Positions 12,701-24,831 of a stretch of DNA of 64,000 nucleotides are shown one piece after another. Origin of the DNA: Octopus vulgaris. Its lineage: Eukaryota. Under the pieces are notes generated by a model. The model was not told the DNA's origin. It saw nothing but the letters and a program-made list of their open reading frames with translations, and ran no database searches. A program made the translations under genes and the position numbers. Position 1 is the stretch's first letter. Each line of letters begins with the position of its first letter. The stretch is from contig OX597814.1 in assembly GCA_951406725.2 (NCBI GenBank), positions 65,286,001-65,350,000 of the forward strand, given 5' to 3'.

Positions 12701-13391
12701 TATGATCTGTGTATATATAAATTATGCATATATATATATATACTTAGTATATATAATTTGTGGATATAAGCCATACGCTAAAATCCACAGTTTAAATATA
12801 CACAGGTAGAGTTGTTAGTAGGCTATTATGTAGACTATATACATATATGTGTGTGCGCGCACACGCGTGTGTGTAGGTTACTGGCTATGTAAGTAAACAG
12901 ATAGATGGATACAAACATACATATGTAATACGGACAGGCAAGCATACACACGCATATACACATACATACAAACGCACACATATAAACTCACATACATAGA
13001 CATACAAACACACAAGCATGAACATACAAACACATAAATATGCAGAATACATACATACATGCATAGAAACCTACACACATATATATATGCATACACACAT
13101 ACATGCCTACACACTTTCATACATGCATACATATGTACATATGTGTATTCATATGCATATATATGTACGTACATGCATACATATGTACATATGTGTATGC
13201 ATATGGACACTGACGCACACACATGCGCACAAGCAAACAAACAAACAAAATGAACGCAGCTCTGATAACGGACAGAATCAGCGACTTTAGAACAGGTTGC
13301 AAGACGCAACGAAAATTTTAGAACAGGGAAGTAAATGAGTGGAAATTGAACCGATAAGTGTGTATTTAGAGTCAACAATCTGGAGTTAACA

Positions 13392-13493
<102 letters not shown>

Positions 13494-13658
13494 AAACATT
13501 ACCTATCCGTCCGATTAGAATACGAAGAATACGGAGCCTCATTCGTATGTTTTGAATTCGTTAGTACTGGATGTTGAAAATAGTTTGTCTGATGTTACTT
13601 GAATCGGATAGGTGTGTTCAATTTTTTCAGTGCTCTCTAATTTGAAATATTGAAATCT

Positions 13659-13739
13659 TTGTGCTGATGAAGAGAATAATAGAATGGAGATGTAATTCTT
13701 GCATCTCCATATCTATTTAACTCAGAAACGCGTCCACAA
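13659..13739 (+). ncRNA. Type I hammerhead ribozyme with extended stem II
   Basis: TTGTG-CTGATGA-A-[GAG..AATAGA.ATGGAGATG/CATCTCCAT..TCTATT..CTC]-A-GAAA-CGCG-TC-CACAA; canonical core, GUC site, stem I TTGTG/CACAA, palindromic ACGCGT stem III. Confidence 0.8.
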
Positions 13740-15357
13740 GTAATCAAATGCCGGGTGAATTTTCGTTATTTTTCCCTCTATACCCACGTGAATTGTTTTT
13801 GAGTATATATTGTCTGGGAGATTCTTCTTATAGTAGAAGAAATAGCTAAGTTCTTTGACTGCTATTTCTAAAAGTTCAGTATGTGGCAAAGCAATTTTTT
13901 TTTATGAACCCTAATTATAATTATACTCGTAATTATATAAAGTAATGTTTAAGTTTACCGTAAATGGTCCTTTTAACATGGTAGAATTGTTAATTACTAA
14001 TTAATTAATTAATTTTATCCTTTACTATTATTGATTATATTGAAACAGTCTTACAAATGGCTAAACAATTATAGTCTTTCTGTATTCTATAATTTGTCTT
14101 TTGTGCTCCTTGTAATATATTAGAAACCAAACTATGTTTATCTACCTCACTGTCTACATAACAGCTCGATTTTGGATCACTCTTATAGCCATTTTCATAG
14201 CAATGGGCCCGGCCTCGTTTGAGAAAGTCGGAATTTAGTTCTCATTAATTTGAATTCATTTTAGCGTAAATTTGTGTCATCTGTACCGAGCAGCTTATTA
14301 TATTCTTATCCAATCTCTCTCCCTCTCTCCCCCCTCTCTCTCTCTCTTTATATATATGCGCAGTTGTGAATGCCTATATATGTATTTCTGTATCCTATAT
14401 AACAGAAAAGATTATTCTCGAAGAGTTTTCTTCTCTAAATAAGCAACCTATAATTCTGAGAGAATATATGCTGCGCTCAAGATTTGCTTACAAGTCGACA
14501 CATATCCACATTGTTGTCTCATTAATGTTTATCGTAAAAGAAAAAGAAAATTGATAGGCTTTCCATACAATAATGTCCCGTGAACCTGTTCAGCAAAAGG
14601 AAGAATAAGAACCAATATTTAATTACTAATAGTCAATGTCATAAACGTTAGTTAATTGGTTTGTTTGTTTGTTTGTCGGTTGGTTGGTTGGTATATAAAC
14701 TTTCTCCAGCCACAATATAGTATGAGGTGAGAAATTTAAAAACTAAACAGCTTACATTCTTTCTCTAAATGAGCAAAACATTTTAATTGTATGCGTCAAA
14801 GTTTTCACCTAAACTCTTTCAAAAAACTACAAAAGGGAAGAAACTAAGAATGGAAATTATCGGAGATTAGTACAAGAAAGAAAAAGAAACCAAAGAGAAA
14901 GGTTAATCCGATAGAAGTGAAAATATAATTATTCCTAGTTTACCTACACGCACTTTACTGGATAACGCCAGTAAAGATATATCAGTCGCAATTACCATCA
15001 CTCGTTTATACTTCCACAAATATACTCTTACTAGATATAATAATAATTTCAGCTTCTCTGAACTCTGTAATTGCACATAAATAGTTCCCATTTGAGTCTA
15101 AATTCTAATAATTATACTGAACAATTCTGACAGATGGTGATTTGTAAAGGATTGGAATATTAGAATATTGAATAATTAGAAAATAGTTTAATTTACTGAT
15201 CCTCTATCGAATATATTTTTCCAAAATTTCCTAGACAAAATATATAAGGCCCTATAAAGTAAGTTAATAACGACACCCCACCATACACATACGGTTATAT
15301 ATACACATACATACATTAACATCTATATACGTATGGAGGTATTCATATATTCACTTA

Positions 15358-15523
<166 letters not shown>

Positions 15524-15609
15524 CTTACTTGGAAAAGGATGTGTGGTGTTCAATCATATAATAATATAAATAATATATATATGCATAGGAACACAGCCGG
15601 TGGTCACGA

Positions 15610-16030
15610 ACTTGTATTTCTTTCTTTCTTCCTATTTCAGTTCGACAGGGAAGACGTATTGTTCTCTGTCTCCTGTCCAGGCTTGTTTCTTCGCGTTCGC
15701 CACCACAACCTCGTTTAGGCCTAGCAGCCCTTCCTGTTTGATTTCACTGTCCTGTTTTTTGTTCCAATTTTGACCCTCTCCAAGATCGCAAATTTTATTA
15801 AATTTGCTTTGCGGGAGCAACTGTTTTATCGAAGGCGTATCTTGTCGTGAATTGCTCGAAATACGGATTAGAAAAACAGCCGACTAGCGATAAAGGGTCG
15901 TTCCCTGTGATGCTTGTCTTGCTTTCCATTTGATTCTTTCGTTGCTTGCAAAAAAAGCCCTTATTCCATGTCCTCGTACTTCGTATTATTTGTTGTTTAT
16001 GTTCTGTGACGTCCTATGCCCACATATGCA
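15610..16030 (+). mobile_element. Interspersed repeat family H2 (Penelope-like 3' region), related to 41093-41318 and 47690-48170
   Basis: Shared TTCCATTTGATTCTTTCGTTG...TGTTGTTTAYGTT...GACGTCCTRTRCCCA motifs. Confidence 0.55.
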
Positions 16031-16122
16031 TATGTATATACGTAAACTTGTAAGTATGTACGTATACGTATGTTTATATATATATATATTAATATATATA
16101 TATATATTATATATATATTATA

Positions 16123-16635
16123 CTAGCAGTATCGCCCGGTGTTGCTCGGGTTTGTAAGGGAAATAACTATATAAGCATTTTTAGAGAGTTACTTCCCTTA
16201 TATATGCCAATTCGGGCTTTCTTAGCCATTTCTGTTTTAGTGTCTTCAAGCCATGAAGTCGTTGTTCTAAAAGAACGCTGGTCTCCTTGACAACGCTTTA
16301 CGACGTTGATTTCCTTACACTCCCTTCCCCACAGCTTCACGAGGGAGGGAAGAAGGGGGAGAAGCAAACAGGTGCAGGTGTGACCATGGACGCCAACTCC
16401 GCCGCCATCGACACACGAAAAATTATGCATTAAAATGGAATAAAAAATGATGTTAAATTATTTTTAAAATCGTAGACTCATCGTAGACGCGCGCTAATAC
16501 TCAGACGGGCTCGATATGAATCACGACTATAAGATACCCGAACTTGGTTAGACTGCACCGCAAAATGTGGGAGTAGTTAGGAATCTAAATCGAAGGGGAC
16601 AGACACTCACACAACTACAGTTTTATATATATAGA
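16123..16635 (-). mobile_element. Non-autonomous Helitron
   Basis: Minus strand a|TCTATATATATAAAACTG ... CCCG-AGCAACAC-CGGG hairpin, CGATACTGCTAG|t. Confidence 0.75.
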
Positions 16636-16643
16636 TATATATA

Positions 16644-17036
16644 GGCGCAGGAGTGACTGTGTGGTAAGTAGCTTGCTTACCAACCACATGGTTCCGGGTT
16701 CAGTCCCACTGCGTGGCATCTTGGGCAAGTGTCTTCTGCTATAGCCCCGGGCCGACCAATGCCTTGTGAGTGGATTTAGTAGACGGAAACTGAAAGAAGC
16801 CTGTGGTATATATGTATATATATATATGTGTGTGTGTGTTAGTGTGTCTGTGTTTGTCCCCCTAGCATTGCTTGACAACCGATGCTGGTGTGTTTACGTC
16901 CCCGTTACTTAGCGGTTCGGCAAAAGAGACCGATAGAATAAGTACTGGGCTTACAAAGAATAAGTCGAGTTGCTCGACTAAAGGCGGTACTCCAGTATGG
17001 CCGCAGTCAAATGACTGAAACAAGTAAAAGAGTAAA
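16644..17036 (+). mobile_element. tRNA-derived SINE family A, full length
   Basis: Head GGCGCAGGAGTGACTGTGTGGTAAG (A box), GGTTCAGTCCC (B box), tail CAAGTAAAAGAGTAAA. Confidence 0.9.
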
Positions 17037-17158
17037 TATATATATATGTAAAAATATTTTAATCTTCGGATTTTTTTAATATGCTGGGCCACTGGTTTTT
17101 ATTGATTAATATCAATTTCTACCCTTATTAAATTTTATATATATATATATATATATAT

Positions 17159-17355
17159 ATTTATTATATAGAAGGAGCTTCTACAGGACTAGAACTGTTT
17201 CATTCAAGAGAAATCATCAGGCGCTTCCTGATGATTACTCTTGAATGAAACAGTTCTAGTCCTGTAGAAGCTCCTTCTATATAATAAATTATTTTTACTC
17301 TGCTATGTATTGAGTACCTTATTTACTGTGGTTAACCCCGAATCAACCCGGGACC

Positions 17356-17357
<2 letters not shown>
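17159..17357. mobile_element. Penelope-like terminal repeat with 131-bp near-perfect palindrome containing hammerhead cores
   Basis: Arms 17159-17221 and 17227-17289 differ at one base, 5-nt loop; plus arm GCTTC-CTGATGA-TTACTCTTGAAT-GAAAC-AGTTCTA-GTC-CTGTA-GAAGC; flanked by (TA)n. Confidence 0.7.
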
Positions 17358-17424
<67 letters not shown>

Positions 17425-17427
<3 letters not shown>

Positions 17428-17627
17428 TGAGGGGGAGAATTCACACACACACAAAAACAAAAGTCGAAGACAGGTGGTGTAGAAAACAAACAAGATGTAT
17501 TAGTTTAACGCACCGGAAGTGAAAAAGTCTCTAACGTTTCGAGCCTACGCTCTTCCACAGAAAGTAATACAGAAAGAAATAGTGAGAGAAAATAAAGAAT
17601 GTGTAGTTGCTAGCGATCTATCATGGC

Positions 17628-17631
<4 letters not shown>
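17425..17631 (-). mobile_element. Repeat family H1 copy 2; hammerhead motif at 17529-17564 (core CUGUGGA)
   Basis: Minus strand CTTT-CTGTGGA-A-GAGCGTAGGCTC-GAAACGTT-AGAG. Confidence 0.7.
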
Positions 17632-17676
<45 letters not shown>

Positions 17677-18231
17677 TGTATACTGGCAAATACATGCATA
17701 TACATACACACACACACATATATATATATAAATATATTTAGAAGGATTACCCATATACACACATATGTGTGTTTGTGTGTGTGTGTGTAATACATCACTA
17801 CAAAACATAACGTATTATTTTCGGAGAGGGATGTTTTCTATGGAATTCTGAATTCAATTCCATATTTATGTAAACATTCATACAGTAGCATATTGCTATA
17901 TAAACACTCAATAAACATTGAATATATTCTCTTAAGTTTTGAAATAAAACAAAACAAATTATTTTTTATTCTTTGATCTAAACTGTAACAACATATTGTC
18001 TTAATATTTTTTGAATTCCAAAAACTAGTAATGCGATTCATGTTTGCGTTTTTATATATTTATTTATGAAAGACAAACATTTTTAAACGCTTAAAACATT
18101 TCGTCTTTTTCTTCCTTTGATCCTTTTTATTCTCGTCTTTTACTTTCTAATTCTTACTGAACTTATTTTTTTTTATATATTTCTGGCTTATATCCTGATA
18201 TATTACACAAAGTAGTAACAGGATAATGCAT

Positions 18232-20003
18232 TAAACAGGAATGTCGGTGGGCTTGAAATTCAACATTTGAGGAGGTATGTCTACACTAGTTAGCTGCGGT
18301 TGCTGGACGTAAGGTCTGCTTAAAATGCCTGGGGTCTAATTCAGTAAAACGAATCCATAGGTTTAGGAAGTGGGACAAGACGATGAGTAAAGTGTCCGGT
18401 CTAGCCCAGAAATGGGTTGATAGAATTTATGCGGCAAACGTTTGCATCACCTCAATTAAACATCAGGACTGTGTTTTTTACTAAGCCGTGACCAGTTTTC
18501 GCTTTTATTGAATAAACGGCTCGTAGGAGCATCAGTTTGCTTGATGAGCACTCTCTGTACAGAGGGATCGGGTTATTGCAGTATACAATGCTTAGTACTA
18601 TGCCGAAGCTGCAAAACTGAATGTCAGTGTTTATGCGTATATATGAAAGAAATTATGTATAGCAGTGTAATTAACTCCCAATGTTACGCTGATGGAGAAT
18701 TAGGTGATAAAAGAAACACTACTTCGTCAGGCAAATATGTGGGCTTCTAACATGATGAATGGGACGAGAAAAGCTTGTTGATTGCGTCTGTGCCGTTAGT
18801 CAAAGCAAGAAAGCATCTGGTTGAGATGCTTCTAGGTTTGGTTAGTTCGATAGCAATTAGAACGATGTTACGAACAAAGTTGTTAGCCTTAGACAGTAAT
18901 GGACAAAGAGGAAGCTTATCACTGAAAGAACAACTGAAAACGATAAAAATCTTAATCGGCTCCATTGCACATATCTCCTAACCACCGTGGTGTGCGTATT
19001 TTTACCAAGCTGGATCTTCAGTAATTTCGTTCCTTGTGATCAGTTACTCTATCGACAACTATCGTTCACAATATATATATATATGGCTCGGTATGAGGTA
19101 GCTGATGACGTACAATCATGAGCTTTGGCTGCCGCATCTGACTCCTGGACAGTGAGCAGCAATTGACACTATTTGTGAAACATATTAAGCCAGAATGTTA
19201 GCATCTGAAATGCCATCAGGTGATCGTTATAAATTAGATTGTAAGTGAAACTGTACTAGTGGTAAGCACACTTGAAAATATTCTCTAGGAGATCTTAGAT
19301 AGAGACAGAAACCAGTAAATTTATGTAATTTCTAAGAATTTCGGCTTAAGGATAATTGAAGACTTCCATAAGGATTCTGTAGTGCTACAGAGATACTATA
19401 CTTCCGAATAATCTCGTAGCACCAAAACACTGAAAGTTGGGTGCGACTGAAAGGTCCAGAGAGTAACGAAATCATTCCTCTCATACTCGTTTAGTTTCCA
19501 AATATTGCAAAATTCTATAGTTATTAGAAAAACCTGTTATTGAGAATGAAACACATCTGAATGACAGTTGCATCCTTCCTAATTTTCCTCACCGCACTCC
19601 GTTGGTAAGGAGCAATAGATAATTTTGTTCAACCGTATGGCAAATGTGACTTTACGAAGATCACTTGAAACGAAAGAATATTCATGAGTGGATACCGTAC
19701 CGCAACGTAAATTGAAGTAAAGCCCACAAATTGCTCAGTATTAAAGTAGTTATAAAATTTTGTTTGAAGGATTTATTCAGGGATGTGTAACTACAGGGAC
19801 ATCAGTGTGGTAGGGGTCTTCTGATTCTTGTTTGATTGTGATTCTTACCATTTATAGGTATCTTTGCTTTCTACAGTCAACCTGTTTTTATCCTATAACA
19901 TGATGTTTCTCCATCTGCCTCGATAAATCTGAGAGTATTTCAACATGTTTGTAATCATTTTGTTTAAAGTTAATATTATGTGCAGGCAACCTGAGACCAA
20001 TAT

Positions 20004-20073
<70 letters not shown>

Positions 20074-21050
20074 GGTGGTGGTGGTGGTGGTGGTGGTGTA
20101 TGATAGGTAGTTTTTGTTAAGTTTTGAAAAACACTAGAGACTTTGGTGATGGTGTTTGCTGTTGGTAGCATTACTAGTTAGGTAATACTAACGACTTCTT
20201 GTATAACTGTTAGCCAATCTGATCATTATAAGTATCAGTGAAGGTGTTAGTTTCACTGTTTGTACATTCATTGTTGTTGTTGTTAATATTGTTGTTGCTG
20301 TTGTTGCTGGATGTGATGAAACTACTCGCGGTATTACTGGAGCAGATGGTGTTTCTGTTGGTGGTTTTGACGTCAATAGTGATGATGATGGATCCTGTTG
20401 AGGTTCTTTTTTTGTTGACGTTGTTTCTGTTGATGTTTTTGTTGTTGGGTGTGCTACTACTACTTGTAATATTATTGGAGTATATGGTGTTGCTTGTACC
20501 ACTGCTGGTGGTGGTGGTGGTGGTTCTGGTAGAAATGTGTGCTCTGCAGCTTCACTTAAATTAAAGAACTCATCCCCTACCACCTTAGTAGTTGGTGGAG
20601 AGTTTGTTTGGATAGTTCCGCTCAGAGAAAAGACAGGAAAAATAAAATATATGTGAACTTCGTTTTCCCTGACGTCAAATTTTACCCTTTTCAGTCTGTG
20701 ATTTTTTGTTTTTTTCTTTATTCCCTAATATTATTATTGTTGTTGTTGTTGTTCGTATCACAGTATCCTTTGTTAGACTATTCTACCAGCCTTTGTATTA
20801 CTGTTGTCTGTATTATTGACTTGTCGTTGTTGTTGATGTTGTTGTTGTTATCATCATCATCATGGTTATTATTGTGGTTGTCTTTTATTTTTGTTACTGT
20901 TTTGTGGAGAACTAACTGTTCCACCAGGTTTTATATGGAAAATATTATTGTTGTTGTTGTTGTTGTCAGTGGTGGTGGTGGTGGTGGTTGGCAAGGGTGT
21001 AGCTTGCATGAGATGTCAGTATCGGTAAAGAGACGTAGAAAATGACTCAT
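18232..21050 (-). pseudogene. Putative decayed intronless coding region, Thr/Pro/Asn-rich with RVxF motifs; unidentified
   Basis: Open frame 20724-20188 (GIKKKTKNHRLKRVKFDVRENEVHIY...PEPPPPPP...); can be extended to ATG 21050 through one frameshift and two CAR->TAR stops; repeats are almost all trinucleotide. Portion below 20188 has many stops and is weakly supported. Confidence 0.35.
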
Positions 21051-21254
21051 AGAACGTAGCTGAGTTTCTTTACGCGTTCAAATACAACCGAATTTGAAGT
21101 TGCATTTCACTCTTTCGGACGCGATAAAATGTAGGTCAGTTGAGTACTGTTGTCGTAATCGTTTTCACAATTGGGCCAAAATATTTTTGGTTTATATCTA
21201 CTCTCCCAAAGGCTTGACCTTCAGTTTTTCCTAAATCTTGTCATTTCCTGATTA

Positions 21255-23415
21255 CTGTGTGCAACACTCAAAAAATTACAAGAGATCTGTGGCCATTTTT
21301 ATATGCAAAATGACATGGGAAATCCATTTCTGGCCTTTTTTTGCTGAATTTGGCATGGTTTCTACAGAATTGTCACTGTATACTCTTTTTGTCATTATTA
21401 TTAAATAAAATTCTCTACTGCATTGTAAAATGGGTTTAAACCTAGGGCTGGAGACCAATTTTAGTAACACCTGCAATGTGATTCAAAGCTTGTGTTTAAT
21501 GTTATTTTTTATCATTCAGATCTTATTTGTTTTCAACAATGTGTGCAAGACAGTGCAAAAACGATCCAAACAGATACTGTTATATCTGTGGGGAATTGAC
21601 TTTAGCTAAAGAAAAGCGCAGTATTACACGCCATGTCAAGAAAATAAACAAGGCATATTGCGATTATTACTTAGGAGACCAGGATAAGTCATGGGCTCCT
21701 CATGTGTGTTGTCTTACATGTGTGAAGGCATTGAGTACCTGGTATGCAGGAAAAAATGTTCACATGAAGTTTGGTGTGCCAATGATTTGGTGTGAGCAGA
21801 AAGATCACTCTAATGATTGATATTTGTCACCATGACTTTACAGGCTCTACTACAGCAAAGAAAAAAAAACACATTGTTTACCCAAATTTGCAAGCAGCAA
21901 TGCGCCCTGTAGAGCACTGAGAAAATTTACATGTGCCCAAATCTCCAGATCAAGAAATGCAGAGTTCCAGCAGTACTGATGAACATTCCAGTGGTGAATG
22001 TGTGGAGCCCCATGATCTAAAAAGCGAGAATAAAACAATACCATTTTTTCAAGAGGTTCTAAATGACTTATGCAGGTATCTCTATTTAACCAAAGACAAA
22101 AGTGAGTTTCTGGCATCAAGGCTTCAAGAACGTAAGCTTCTTGAGAAAGGAGTGAAAATAAAACTGTACAGAAAACGTAAAGAGGGTCTGATGAAGGATG
22201 ACTTATGCTTTTGTAATGACATCACTGAACCTTTTGAGCCACTGGAAATACCATATGATAAACCCAACTGGCGACTTTTCATAGATGCATCCAAGGACAG
22301 CATCAAAGTTGTTCTGCTACACAATGGTAGCACTGTGCCTTCTATTCTCATAGCTTATAGCACAGCTATGAGAGAATCATATGAAAATCTAAAAGCAATT
22401 CTAACAAGCATACGGTATGATGACCATACCTGGCATATTTGTGCAGATTTTAAGGTTGTAGCCATGCTTACTGGCCTTCAGCTTAACTATACTAAATTTT
22501 GCTGCTTCCCTGTGCTTAGGAATTCCAGAGCAAGAGCTGATTATGTACACAAGGATTGGGCGATCAAATATGAAATTGAGCAAAGTAAACACATCATGCA
22601 TAAACCACTTGTGAAAAGTGATAGAATTTGTTTACCACCTTTGCATATTAACTTGGTTTGTTTAAGCAATTTGTGAAAGCCTTTGACAAGGAATCCTCCG
22701 CATTTGCATATCTTGCAGAAAAGTTACCTTCCCTGAGTCAAGCTAAAATTAAAGAAGGTTTCTTCATAGGTCCCCAAATTCGAAAAGTTGTATTTGATGA
22801 AACCTTCATCACACATCTCAAGAGAAAAGAGAAGCTTGCCTTTGAGTTATTCAAGAAAGTTTGCGATAACTTCCTGGGCAACCATCGTTCAGAAGACTAT
22901 GTGCAAGTTGTGAATGATCTGCTGAGTCATTATCATGATATGGGATGTAACATGTCTCTAAAAGTTCATGTGCTTCACACTCATTTCGATTTTTTGCAGA
23001 AAATCTTGGTGATGTGAGTGATGAACATGGTGAAAGATCCCATCAGGATATTTCAGTGATGGAGCGACGATTCAAAGGAAAATGGAACCCTGGCATGTTA
23101 GCAGACTACTACTGGGGTATAAAAACAGAAGATCGCACTCCACACAAGAGGCTTAGAAGGACAAAAGTTGTTTAAACTGACAGATGTGTTTTTAAAATTT
23201 TTTGTTTTGTTTTCTGTAACTTTCAGTATTTGCAATGTTGTGTTCAGTACGCTATATTATGCAGTATATTATAAAAAATATGGTTCATGGTACGGGGAAA
23301 CGGTGCCTTATCTGGAGAAATAAAGGCCAGAATCAGAATCATGACAATAATTTGACCCAGAAACAAGTCTTACTTAACTTGTACTTTTTTTAAACCTGAA
23401 ATTTGTTGCACAGTG
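21255..23415 (+). mobile_element. Chapaev3-type (CMC) DNA transposon, near full length (2161 bp)
   Basis: Ends CTGTGTGCAACA / revcomp CACTGTGCAACA, flanked by TTA on both sides (3-bp TSD at 21252-21254 and 23416-23418); encodes the transposase below. Confidence 0.8.
21539..23175 (+). pseudogene. Chapaev3-type transposase, disrupted by stops and frameshifts
   Basis: Cys-rich N-terminus CKNDPNRYCYICGE...GDQDKSWAPHVCCLTC; WRLFIDAS, ICADFKV, PPLHINL, SLKVHVLH, DEHGERSHQDI, MLADYYW across four frames. Confidence 0.85.
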
Positions 23416-23570
23416 TTATTAAGAGTTGTAAAAATGGACAGAAATATGAAATCACTAAACAAAATGTTTTGCCGTATTTATTATATCCTTTTCTGTTGTA
23501 GTTTCAAATACCTTGTAAGTGATCACTGACCCGCATCACCATTTATTAATTGGTCAAAAACTGTTTTTAA

Positions 23571-23751
23571 TATTGGTTTGAAATTTTGGCACAAGACCAG
23601 CAATTTCCGCGAGAGTATATGTCGACTGGTTCTTACTTTATCGACCTCGCAAAGATGAAAGTCGACCTCAACGAATTTGAACGCGGGACATAAAGACGGA
23701 CGAAATATCGCAAAGCATTTTACTCGGCGGGCTAACTGACAGATGGTCGCC
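23571..23751 (-). mobile_element. tRNA-derived SINE family B (degenerate)
   Basis: Inverted similarity to 23785-23999; same orientation as 43218-43448. Confidence 0.65.
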
Positions 23752-23784
23752 TTAAAAAATGACATTAATATTATATTGCATTTA

Positions 23785-23999
23785 GGGCAACGAGCTGGTA
23801 GAATATTTAGCACGCCGGACAACATGCTTAGTGGTATTTGTTCACTCATGACGTTCTTCTTTCAAATTTCACCGAGGATGCCTTTGCCTTTTATCCTTGT
23901 GGAGTCGATAAAATAAGTACCAATTGAGCAATGGTGTCGATGTAATTGACCTACGCACTCACTCGAACTTGCCGGCCTTGCGCCAAAATGTTGAAACCA
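23785..23999 (+). mobile_element. tRNA-derived SINE family B
   Basis: GGGCAACGAGCTGGTAGAAT...TTAGCACGCCGG...TTCAAATT...GTCGATAAAATAAGTACCA...GTCGATGTAATTGAC. Confidence 0.75.
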
Positions 24000-24831
24000 G
24001 TATTATATTACATTTAGTTCTATGCCCAGAAGTATTTTATTTGTTTGGCTTTGGGAATTTTCTTTTTTCAAGACTTTCTAAAAAAACAAGAGAAAGAAAT
24101 GGCATCTTTCTGTGATCATTGTTGTTAGGCTGCAAGTTATCCATTTAGAAGCAATTTTAAAAGATTAGTGTTCGGTCGTGATTATTATTATTATTCATAC
24201 AATATTACCATAAAAGTGTTGATCGGAGAAAAGCAATGTACGATACAGGTCGTATTCGGAAAGAATAGCTCTCAAGTTAGAGAAAGAGTTTAGTATAAGC
24301 TTTCGGTACTGTTATTCTTTAGGTTACATAAACCGATAAAATAAAATATCAACAAAATTGATAATTGAACATAGAGTTATTTAGGCTTTGTGATGACTGA
24401 ATTATCAGAGCGTCTAACAACATTTTTGTGATATTTGTTATTACTCTTTATTTCTGAATTAAAATTCCGTTTGGATTGAACTTTGTATTCATTCTTTCGA
24501 GTCGATAAAATAAAGGGCAAATCAAATAATACGACTAATATTAAATAATTAACTAATATTAAAATAATACGACTTGAACCGATGCCGACTTGAAGCTAAA
24601 CCGCATGAAATTACTGTACATAAACATCACTGTAAGGGAGCTGTCAGCATGCTCACCGATGACGTAAAATTAGAGAGGTAATCTCACATAAATACTACAC
24701 TTTTGCCTTAAAAACGAGTGGGTACACTAGATTATGCTCTGAATATATGGAAACGGCACGGTCGCCACTAGCGTGAGACATAAGAATACCAACAACATAT
24801 AAGGAGGCTTAAGAATAACAACAATATAATA

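Noticed and set aside
16644-16710. tRNA genes at SINE heads
   Set aside because: A/B boxes continue into SINE bodies repeated many times in the window.
20238-21045. Plus-strand Leu/Val-rich membrane-like ORFs (20238-20564, 20608-21045)
   Set aside because: Antisense shadows of (AAC)/(ACC) trinucleotide runs.
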